Source of the DNA: Candidatus Poribacteria bacterium | GTDB taxonomy: Bacteria; Poribacteria; WGA-4E; WGA-3G | Direction of reading: 5' to 3' | Assembly (NCBI GenBank): GCA_964291315.2 | Contig: OZ219753.1 | Location: 1,664,001-1,728,000 of the forward strand | Length of the DNA stretch: 64,000 nucleotides | In this document: one piece after another, positions 19,032 through 26,943 of the stretch | How the letters are laid out: every line of letters starts with the position of its first letter | How positions within the stretch are numbered: position 1 is the first letter of the stretch | Position numbers and translations under genes: made by a program | The notes under the pieces: generated by a model | What the model was told of the DNA's origin: nothing | Database searches by the model: none | What the model saw: only the letters and a program-made list of their open reading frames with translations

Positions 19032-19805
19032 TTACTTGAAATTAAGAAACGTGTAGGGTTCAATCCCGCCCTCTTCATAAGGGATGACCGTGATGCCCGG
19101 TGGAATGATGCCGTTATCAAAATCATCGTTATAACGTATTGTACTTGGTGGACCGAGAATTTCTGCAATATATCTCACAGGTGTGCCGTCTGCATCAATG
19201 TATTGGTCCCATCTGAGGTAAACTGTGTTTGGATAGCAGGGGTAAACAAGCCCGTCTTCCATCGCAGCGCTTTCGGCTTGTTTGCCTTGTTTCCACAACT
19301 TGATACAAACTCTTACGATCAATTCCCAGTTTCGTGCTCGTTCGGGACTGGCTTCGTAGAGGCTCTCTGCAAAATCCCAGAGGTCCGGATCCGGATACCC
19401 GGGTGGTATTTCGGGATATGGCCCGAAGCCGAAGGGCGAGACGCGCGTCTCTTCCGGGGTCTCTTGCCCTGTGTCGTCGGGTAAGAGCCCTGCTCCCACA
19501 TCAAGCGGGTCGGGCGTTTCGCCTTGTAGCAACGGCATTGTCGTATCGGGCATTGTTTGCAGGGTATCTGCATCCAAGGCTACGGGTACGCCTCCTGCGC
19601 TATCGATATCTGTGGAAGGTTCTGCATCCTGTGGGGTGTGCGCCTCTCCTCTCTCGAGCTGCTCTATCACCTGCTCTGAGTGTGCCAGTTCCGCTGCGGT
19701 TTGGCTGCGGACGTGCCAACTATACAGCAGACTGCTGACGACAACCAGCACAAAGAAGATACCGCCAGCAAGTACCGCGCAGGTTGTGAAAAGGTCACGG
19801 AACAT
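19032..19805 (-). CDS. array paralogue A2 (first gene after promoter copy 2)
   Basis: MFRDLFTTCAVLAGG; same domain; AGGAGG RBS. Confidence 0.9.
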   Translation of the reverse strand: MFRDLFTTCAVLAGGIFFVLVVVSSLLYSWHVRSQTAAELAHSEQVIEQLERGEAHTPQDAEPSTDIDSAGGVPVALDADTLQTMPDTTMPLLQGETPDPLDVGAGLLPDDTGQETPEETRVSPFGFGPYPEIPPGYPDPDLWDFAESLYEASPERARNWELIVRVCIKLWKQGKQAESAAMEDGLVYPCYPNTVYLRWDQYIDADGTPVRYIAEILGPPSTIRYNDDFDNGIIPPGITVIPYEEGGIEPYTFLNFK

Positions 19806-19844
19806 AATTTACCTCCTCGTTTGTCTTGACTATAATCCCTATAT

Positions 19845-19860
19845 AGCAAGTTTCGTGCCA
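19845..19860 (-). promoter_or_regulatory. sigma-54 (-24/-12) promoter, copy 2
   Basis: TGGCACGAAACTTGCT, divergent from the bEBP gene. Confidence 0.9.
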
Positions 19861-20053
19861 ATGCCCTGAGGAATAGCATATTCTGAAGGGAAATCCCGGA
19901 TGTCCGTACGGATCCCTTCACCAACAGAGCCTCCCAAACATACACCGGTATAAGGTCTATTCACACGATCAGAAGCGGTCACTTTTTTCCGAAAAAAATT
20001 GCTACGGTGGAGAAAATCACGAGTGGGTTCGAGTGCTACCCTCTTGGCTACCT

Positions 20054-20127
20054 GCAAAAATTGTAGATTGGCACGCAAAATTTGCGGGTTAAGACGCAAA
20101 AATTGTAGTTTGATACGCAAAAAATGC
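20054..20127. promoter_or_regulatory. putative enhancer (UAS): 4 quasi-palindromic boxes at exact 21-bp period
   Basis: GCAAAAATTGT (20054), GCAAAATTTGC (20075), GCAAAAATTGT (20096), GCAAAAAATGC (20117). Confidence 0.7.
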
Positions 20128-20164
20128 GTCTCGGGGTATCTGTGCGGTTGCGCGTCATTATGTC

Positions 20165-20193
20165 TTGCGGAAAAAAGCGGGGTGTGCTATCCT
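20165..20193 (+). promoter_or_regulatory. putative sigma-70 promoter of the bEBP gene
   Basis: TTGCGG-17 nt-TATCCT with extended TG. Confidence 0.4.
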
Positions 20194-20234
20194 CTCGTTA
20201 TACTGAATCTTTCCACAGGAGCAAGGGAGGTATC

Positions 20235-21383
20235 ATGAGCATGCAACCAACATTTATTGAATTGCCATCAGAACCCATGCAAAGTATTTATAGGACAGTT
20301 CGGCAGGTGGCAACATCAGACCTCTCGTTTTTCATTACGGGCGAAACTGGAGTCGGTAAGGAAGCAGTGGCACAATACATTCACAAAAGTGGCCCACGCC
20401 GAAATAAACCTTTGGTGGCCATAAATTGTGGGAGATTCACCACCGAGCTCTTGCAAAGTGAGCTCTTTGGACATGAAGAAGGGGCGTTCACTGGCGCAAT
20501 CCGTTCTCGCCGCGGGGCATTTGAAACCGTAAACGACGGCATTCTCTTCTTAGATGAGATTACCGAGATGCCCTTAGAAGCACAGAAAACGTTCCTCCGC
20601 GTCCTAGATACAAAAACCTTCACGCGGATCGGCGGAAATGTGAGCTTGACCACAGATTTTCAGGTTATCTCCGCAACAAACAGGAACATCGGAAAAGATG
20701 TGCTTGAAACAAAATTTAGAGCAGACCTCTATTACCGCCTCATGGATATGAGCTTTCACATCCCACCCCTCCGAGAGCGGCCAGAAGATATCGCCCCTTT
20801 AGTTGGCGCTTTTATTCATGAGTTCAGCCCTGGGCGCGGAAAAAGCGCAATAAAGATTACCGCAGAGGCACTCACTCGCCTTGAAAAAGCAGCGTGGCCC
20901 GGGAATATCCGGCAACTGAGAAGTACTGTTAGAACAGCCGTCGCCCTCACTACAACCGATAAACTTGAAGTCAAAGATTTTCCGTATAATTTTTTCACCG
21001 CCCCAGGGTTAGAAAACCCTGTCTCCGCTCCGGACAGAGCAGATAGCACGGCTGTGCATACAGAATTCACCCAGACGATCCCCTTCGTCTGGCATACGCT
21101 CCCTGAGAAAATCCAACAGGCGGTTGTGCATGAGCTTTCGGAGCATCTGCCGGAACTCTCGGGTAATGTCCCAACCGCTAATACTGCACCGACAGACGAG
21201 AACCCGGAGCTTCTCAACATAAAAGATATGGATCAACAGGAAATTCTACAGGCGGTTGCCCAGAAGCGCATTGCAGAATATGCCTCGCTCAATGAGGCAG
21301 CACATTCATTAGGGATCGATGTTCGGACCCTTCAGAAACATGCACACTGGCAAGCACAAGATGATACTGCAGAGGGAACTTAA
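20235..21383 (+). CDS. sigma-54-dependent transcriptional activator (bEBP) lacking an N-terminal regulatory domain
   Basis: GETGVGKE Walker A, GAFTGA, LFLDEI, FRADLYYRL, WPGNIRQL, C-terminal HTH (AAHSLGIDVRTL); GGGAGG RBS before ATG at 20235. Confidence 0.92.
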   Translation: MSMQPTFIELPSEPMQSIYRTVRQVATSDLSFFITGETGVGKEAVAQYIHKSGPRRNKPLVAINCGRFTTELLQSELFGHEEGAFTGAIRSRRGAFETVNDGILFLDEITEMPLEAQKTFLRVLDTKTFTRIGGNVSLTTDFQVISATNRNIGKDVLETKFRADLYYRLMDMSFHIPPLRERPEDIAPLVGAFIHEFSPGRGKSAIKITAEALTRLEKAAWPGNIRQLRSTVRTAVALTTTDKLEVKDFPYNFFTAPGLENPVSAPDRADSTAVHTEFTQTIPFVWHTLPEKIQQAVVHELSEHLPELSGNVPTANTAPTDENPELLNIKDMDQQEILQAVAQKRIAEYASLNEAAHSLGIDVRTLQKHAHWQAQDDTAEGT

Positions 21384-21430
21384 AATTTAGCACTTTGGCG
21401 GTCAGAGAGCTATCAATATCAATATCTTCT

Positions 21431-22207
21431 CTACTTGAGGTTAAGGAAGGTGTAGGGTTCAATCCCGCCCTCCGCATAAGGGATGACCGTGATGCCCGGT
21501 GGAATGATGCTATTATAAAAATCATCGTCATAGCGCGCCATATCTCCTGAACCTAGAGTATCTGAAATATATCTCACAGGCGTGCCGTCTGCATCAATGT
21601 ATTGGTCCCATCTGACATAAACTGTGTTTGGATAGCAGGGGTAAACAAGCCCGTCTTCCATCGCAGCGCTTTCGGCTTGTTTGCCTTGTTTCCACAACTT
21701 GATACAAACTCTGTGGGTTAATTCCCACCTTCGTGCGCGTTCGGGACTGAATTCATAAAGGCTCTCTGCAAGATCCCAGAGGTCCGGATTCCGATACCCG
21801 GGTGGTATCTCGGGATATGGCCCGAAGCCGAAGGGCGAGACGCGCGTCTCTTCCGGGGTCTCTTGCCCTGTGTCGTCGGGTAAGAGCCCTGCTCCTACAC
21901 CAAGAGCGTCGGGAGTTCCACCCTGTAGCAACGGCACTGCTGTTTCGGACATCGTTTGCAGGGTATCCGCATCCAAGGCTAGGGGTGTCCCTCCGGCGCT
22001 ATTGGTATCTGTGGAAGGTTCGGCATCGTGTGAGGTGTGCGTCACTCTCTTTTTTTCAAGCTGCTGTATCACCTGCACTGTGCGTGCCAGTTCCGCTGCG
22101 GTCTGGCTGCGGATGTGCCAACTATACAGCAGGCTGCTGAAAACAACCAGCACAAAGAAGAGACTTCCGGCGAGGATCGCGCGGGTTGTGAAAAGGTCAC
22201 GGAACAT
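21431..22207 (-). CDS. array paralogue A1
   Basis: Near-identical to the other A copies; convergent with the bEBP gene. Confidence 0.9.
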   Translation of the reverse strand: MFRDLFTTRAILAGSLFFVLVVFSSLLYSWHIRSQTAAELARTVQVIQQLEKKRVTHTSHDAEPSTDTNSAGGTPLALDADTLQTMSETAVPLLQGGTPDALGVGAGLLPDDTGQETPEETRVSPFGFGPYPEIPPGYRNPDLWDLAESLYEFSPERARRWELTHRVCIKLWKQGKQAESAAMEDGLVYPCYPNTVYVRWDQYIDADGTPVRYISDTLGSGDMARYDDDFYNSIIPPGITVIPYAEGGIEPYTFLNLK

Positions 22208-22265
22208 ACTTTACCTCCACCTTCGTCTCACTAGACTCTTAATCAGCAACGTTTATTTGTGTGTT

Positions 22266-22312
22266 AAAGAACACTTTTGATACCGTCTATTTTGGTACCA
22301 AAAGTGTTCTTT
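22266..22312. terminator. 19-bp inverted repeat downstream of cargo gene C1
   Basis: Identical to 16597-16643. Confidence 0.6.
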
Positions 22313-22398
22313 GCAAGTTCTTCTTAATGCCACCTTGCCAAGATACAGTAGTAAACTCGAAGACCATCGTCTCGTAAAGATGACATGCGGCATGCCCT

Positions 22399-22746
22399 TC
22401 AGTTTGAGTCGTAATCATGGTCCTGTTGGAACTTGTCATCTCCATCATAACCATTCACGTAAGCATATGCGGTTCCTGAATTATGGTATGGACCGGAATC
22501 ATACGATCTGGAAAACACAATCTCATTGCCGAAAGACCCGGATTCGTTATCAGCATTATCAACCTTAGCCCAAGTTGCGAAACTGCCATTTTTAAGTCCA
22601 AAGTTACCTAGGATAGCCAAAGCTGTATTCTTCTTGATAAAGGGCAATCTGACCCGAAGCGTCGATGTAGTTGCCCCATAAGAATATACCATCGTAGCAA
22701 CAGCCAAAGAGAGCGCAATTAGCAAAGCGGTCAATGTAGTTTTCAT
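22399..22746 (-). CDS. cargo gene C1: small secreted protein (115 aa)
   Basis: Signal peptide MKTTLTALLIALSLAVATMVYSYG; Gly/Ser/Asn/Tyr/Asp-rich mature part; AGGAG RBS. Confidence 0.8.
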   Translation of the reverse strand: MKTTLTALLIALSLAVATMVYSYGATTSTLRVRLPFIKKNTALAILGNFGLKNGSFATWAKVDNADNESGSFGNEIVFSRSYDSGPYHNSGTAYAYVNGYDGDDKFQQDHDYDSN

Positions 22747-22755
22747 GAGAAACTC

Positions 22756-23544
22756 CTATTTTTCGGTATTTGTAAGAAAAGTTTCGGGATCATACCCCGC
22801 TGTCTCTATATCAACAAATCTTATGTCTGGATACAATTCTGGCAGTCGACCGGATAACATTTCCTCCGGCGTAAAAGCAGGGGATTGTGCTCCAAGCATT
22901 GACTTTGGAACCGGAACCATCCGGGGATTCTCATCGGAACCAACATTCTCTTCATCCCATCGAACGTAAATGACATCCATATAGAGTGGATAGACCCGCT
23001 CGTTATTATCTCTAAAGATACCGTTTACGAAGCCACGGTCTCCTTGGTTCCACAGCTTGATTAGAACCCGATAGATCATCTCGTGATCACGCATGTCGCC
23101 CTTCCGATAATTCGGAAATTCTATCCATATAGGTGTAAGATTCTCTGGAAAGTCCGCAGGGACCTCTGGAAAATCAGCCGCTACAATGCCCTCAGTCTCG
23201 GTCTGAAACGCAGACGATTCTTCAGAAACCGCGGTGTCGGGACTTTTAGCAGCATTATCCTGAGGTACAGTAGCCCTTTCTGTTAACACTGTTTCGGTGC
23301 TGTTGCCTAAGAGCGCCTCCTCTGTTTTTCCAGAGCTCCCCAATTGTGTAGTAGTGTCAGCCCCTTGTGGGGTGTGTGTCTCTTTTTTCTTCTCGAAGTG
23401 GCGTAGCACTCGCTTGGTTTGTGCCAGTTCGGCTTCACCGGTGTGCCTGACATGCCAAGTGTAGAGCTGCACACCCGCAAAAACAAGAATAAAGAGAACA
23501 AAACTCGCAAGCACCGCGCGGGTTGTGAAAAGGTCACGGAACAT
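22756..23544 (-). CDS. array paralogue B1: A-start/B-body hybrid
   Basis: MFRDLFTTRAVLA (A type) fused to SFVLFILVFAGVQ (B type) at shared GCAAGCA. Confidence 0.9.
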   Translation of the reverse strand: MFRDLFTTRAVLASFVLFILVFAGVQLYTWHVRHTGEAELAQTKRVLRHFEKKKETHTPQGADTTTQLGSSGKTEEALLGNSTETVLTERATVPQDNAAKSPDTAVSEESSAFQTETEGIVAADFPEVPADFPENLTPIWIEFPNYRKGDMRDHEMIYRVLIKLWNQGDRGFVNGIFRDNNERVYPLYMDVIYVRWDEENVGSDENPRMVPVPKSMLGAQSPAFTPEEMLSGRLPELYPDIRFVDIETAGYDPETFLTNTEK

Positions 23545-23582
23545 ACTTTACCTCCTCGTTTGTCTGACTATAACCCCTATAT

Positions 23583-23598
23583 AGCAAGTTTCGTGCCA
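23583..23598 (-). promoter_or_regulatory. sigma-54 (-24/-12) promoter, copy 1
   Basis: TGGCACGAAACTTGCT. Confidence 0.85.
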
Positions 23599-23791
23599 AT
23601 GCCCTGCAGAGTAGTGTATTTTGGCGGAATTCCGGTATGTCTGTAGGGGTTCCCCGCACCAACAGAGCCGCACAAACATACACCGGTATAAGGTCTACTC
23701 ACACGATCAGAAGCGTTCACTTTTTTCCGAAAAAAATTGCTACAGTGGAGAGAATCATAGGTGAGTTCGAGTGCTATCCGCTTGGCAATCT

Positions 23792-23844
23792 GCAAAAATT
23801 GTAGATTGGCACGCAAAATTTGTAGGTTAACCCGCAAAAATTGC
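23792..23844. promoter_or_regulatory. putative enhancer (UAS): 3 boxes at 21-bp period
   Basis: Boxes start at 23792, 23813 and 23834. Confidence 0.65.
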
Positions 23845-23924
23845 AGATCATTCTGCCATATAGGGGAGGGAGACGATGCACCTGCAACCGTTTATGCAGT
23901 TTCCGTCAGAGCCGGTGTGAGGGT

Positions 23925-25382
23925 TTATAGCAGGGTGCGCTGCCGAATCTCGTGCCAAGGCCCGGTAATCGCCAACGTAATCCCGTGACTCTGAATGTTT
24001 ATAAACAGCGTTGTGCCGTCAGGTGAGAACGTTGCCCCTGCTAGTTCGGACATATTGCCAGCGTTCCGTGCGAATTTATAAAGGTGCCCTTCGGGCGTTA
24101 CGCCGACTAGAAATTCTTCATTAGGCCCATCTTCACAGATGATCAGATCCCCCCATGGTGTGACCGTTAGGTTATCGGCGTTTTCCATGAGATTGCTGTC
24201 GTTTGGCTCAATGAACAGTTGTAGCGTCCCCGGTTGCTGCGCCTCGCGGCTTGTTCCTTCGTAAGGGCTGGGTGTATATTTCCAGATTTGCCCTTTGTAC
24301 AGCGTTCCGCCATTCGTGCAAGCGATATAAAGTGCGCCGGTGTCGGCTTCACTGCCGTACCATATCCCTTCGCCGCGTGCGAATCGTGCTGCCTCTTTGT
24401 CTTGATTGCCCTGTATGCGGAGGTCGTCCTTCGGGGATTCTACGTTCTCAATGTCCACCCATTCGACTGTGAGTGTTTCTCCGACGGGTATGGGGTTGTA
24501 TGTCCACGGCAATATCTTTTTCATGCGGCTCTGCCAGTTTCGGGTATCCGCGCTCTTCAGGTCTCGGATCTTCAGCGCCTGAAGTTTCCCGCCTGCCGCG
24601 AGTTCGCCCGGTTTTTCTGGGATAAAACGATAGATTAAACCATCATTTCTGTCTTCGGTTTGATACACAATCCCACTCTTAGGATCAACAGCCACAGCTT
24701 CATGATTGAAACGTCCCATCGCTTTCAGAGGGACAGGGTCAGCCAATCCTATTTCAGTAGAAACAGGTACCTCAAAATTGTAGCCGTGATCCGCTTCGTA
24801 AGTGTCTTCTTGCTTCTGCACAGTCTCCTCACAGGTTATCCATGTGTTCCAAGGAGTTGGACCGCCGGCACAATTGCGGATCGTTCCTGCAAGACTCAGA
24901 AAATGTTTTTCCAGTTTTTGTGTTTTTGTGTCATAGACGAGCGTGGTTGTGCCGCCGAGGCAGGGGAGCTCGCCCGACCCAGGATCATAGAGCTTATCAC
25001 GTGCCGCGGGTTCAATTTTTTCGTTATTCCATCCAAACGGGCCAACTGCTTTGTCACCCGATTTTAATTCATGATTGCGAATAAGGACAGTTTTGCCGTT
25101 AGGGCCAGGGAAAGCCGCCATACCGTCGTGGGCACCCGGCACCCAAAGTCCGTCGTCCATTTCTTCACCCGTTCTGGAGAAGGCGTGAGCCGTAAACCCT
25201 TCAGGCAGATCAAGGAGCCGATTCGGACTCGGCTTGAACACATAGGGCGGTTCAGGGCCAAAACCTGGTACCTTCTGAATCAAGGTCCGGCTACACCCTG
25301 AAAATCCGAGACTGACTGCTACAGATGCTGTGGCGAGTGTGCTAGTGTGTAGAAACTGTCGTCGAGATACTCTCTGTTTCAT
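23925..25382 (-). CDS. phoX: Tat-exported alkaline phosphatase PhoX (DUF839) family
   Basis: SRRQFL Tat motif; RNCAGG, TCEE, GRFNHEA, RGEG, DNL..EDG, ELAGATFSPDG..NIQ. Confidence 0.85.
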   Translation of the reverse strand: MKQRVSRRQFLHTSTLATASVAVSLGFSGCSRTLIQKVPGFGPEPPYVFKPSPNRLLDLPEGFTAHAFSRTGEEMDDGLWVPGAHDGMAAFPGPNGKTVLIRNHELKSGDKAVGPFGWNNEKIEPAARDKLYDPGSGELPCLGGTTTLVYDTKTQKLEKHFLSLAGTIRNCAGGPTPWNTWITCEETVQKQEDTYEADHGYNFEVPVSTEIGLADPVPLKAMGRFNHEAVAVDPKSGIVYQTEDRNDGLIYRFIPEKPGELAAGGKLQALKIRDLKSADTRNWQSRMKKILPWTYNPIPVGETLTVEWVDIENVESPKDDLRIQGNQDKEAARFARGEGIWYGSEADTGALYIACTNGGTLYKGQIWKYTPSPYEGTSREAQQPGTLQLFIEPNDSNLMENADNLTVTPWGDLIICEDGPNEEFLVGVTPEGHLYKFARNAGNMSELAGATFSPDGTTLFINIQSHGITLAITGPWHEIRQRTLL

Positions 25383-25616
25383 ATATTTTCCCTCATCAAG
25401 GCGTTAAGGAGGTGATCTGATATCTGTATCGTGGATACAACGTCGTTCTTACAGACAAAGTATAATTTCAACATCTTACAATATTCTCTCGTTTTTTTCA
25501 AGCGTTTGTGACACCTTCCTTTACGTTAACCCCGTTCGGAATTACACATCTCGCTTGACAACCTTCTAACGATGTGCTATTCTTTTCGAAAATCCCGGCT
25601 GGTAAAGGAGATTCTA

Positions 25617-26834
25617 ATGAAAAAACAGTTCAAAGTTAGAGCCGCACATTGCGATTACCGTGCGGCGGAAGAGGAGATATACCAGACCCTCCGGCGTATC
25701 ACTGACCCGCTCACCCGCGCTTGGCAGCCGATAGAAACCGCCAAGAAGGTGGTTATGAAATTCAATATGATGAAACCGCCTGATCGGATTGTCTACTACG
25801 AAGGACGGCGGCGCGAATTAGTAGATGACGCGACCTGCCGCGCCGTTCTGCGGTTAATCAAGGAACACACCACTGCGCAGCTGGTTGCGACGGATACGAA
25901 CCCTTATACACACGGGCATCGAATGCCACCCAATTTCAACTACCTACATCATCTGAAACAATTCGACGTGCAGTTCGTCGATTCCAATCTGCCTCCGTTT
26001 AAGGTCTACGATGTCCCGGGGGGTGGCTCTATGTTTGACCGCTACACGCTGAGTGCTTGTTTCGACGATGCGGATGCAGTCGTCTCTGTAGCGAAGATGA
26101 AGAACCACGCGTTTATGGGGATCACGTTGTGCACGAAAAACCTGTTTGGGTTACCGCCCATGCTGCTCCCCGAAGGCAGAACCCGAAGCTATTATCACCA
26201 TCTCATTCGCCTCTCTTATGTGCTCCCCGATCTGGCGCTCATCACGAAGCCGTGCCTCAACATCATCGACGCATTGACCGGACAGTGGGGGCGCGAGTGG
26301 GGCGGGGTCGGCAGGATTTGTAACGCCCTCATCGCAGGGGATCATCCCATCACTACTGACGCTGTCGGCATGCATCTCATGGGACACGACCCGCAGTCCG
26401 ACTGGCCCACACCACCGTTTAAACGCGATCGCAATCATATCCTCATTGCTGCACAACGCGGATACGGGACTGTCAATCTAGATGACATTGATTGGGAAAG
26501 TGAAGTCACGGCTCCCTTAGCGGCGTTCGATTCAGTTGAAACCGACACGCCCGAAACCGTGGCCAACTGGCGACGGACGACGTGCGAACAGGGATTAATC
26601 TATCAAGAAAACCAAAAAGAACTCATCGATCGATACCGCGACACCTTCATCTACATGCAAGACGGTGAAGTCGTCTGGAACGGACCCGATCCATCTAACC
26701 TCGGGAGCCGGCGGCAGCTCAGCGGCAAAAAGAAGAGCAGCGCCCTCTGGCTGAAACTCGTCGATGCCGAGGAACACGAAGCTGAACAGTTTAACGTCTA
26801 CCGAGAATGTTTGAAGCCCTTCGCCGCTGCTTAG
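25617..26834 (+). CDS. DUF362 domain protein
   Basis: VSVAKMKNH..GITLCTKNLFG, IIDA..G motifs; AAGGAG RBS; TTGACA-17-TATTCT promoter at 25555-25583. Confidence 0.8.
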   Translation: MKKQFKVRAAHCDYRAAEEEIYQTLRRITDPLTRAWQPIETAKKVVMKFNMMKPPDRIVYYEGRRRELVDDATCRAVLRLIKEHTTAQLVATDTNPYTHGHRMPPNFNYLHHLKQFDVQFVDSNLPPFKVYDVPGGGSMFDRYTLSACFDDADAVVSVAKMKNHAFMGITLCTKNLFGLPPMLLPEGRTRSYYHHLIRLSYVLPDLALITKPCLNIIDALTGQWGREWGGVGRICNALIAGDHPITTDAVGMHLMGHDPQSDWPTPPFKRDRNHILIAAQRGYGTVNLDDIDWESEVTAPLAAFDSVETDTPETVANWRRTTCEQGLIYQENQKELIDRYRDTFIYMQDGEVVWNGPDPSNLGSRRQLSGKKKSSALWLKLVDAEEHEAEQFNVYRECLKPFAAA

Positions 26835-26943
26835 TTTTATAAGCGTTCAGTAAAGCAGCCTGTCTCGCCCCTACTCTCGCTGCTGCACCAGAGACCTCCT
26901 AAGCTCGCTCAACGGATTATGGGGGATTTTTAAAGGGAACTTT

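Noticed and set aside
20069-20085. Second sigma-54 promoter TGGCACGCAAAATTTGC on the + strand
   Set aside because: GG-to-GC spacing is 12 nt, not the required 10.
20054-20127. CRISPR-like or iteron array
   Set aside because: Only 2-4 units of 21 bp with ~10-bp gaps, no cas or rep gene; position upstream of sigma-54 promoters fits enhancer sites.
13050-22207. Diversity-generating retroelement explaining A-gene variation
   Set aside because: No reverse transcriptase in the window. Differences are not adenine-specific (e.g. ATG/AGG/ATC/ACC keep the A), and all copies are full genes rather than TR/VR pairs.
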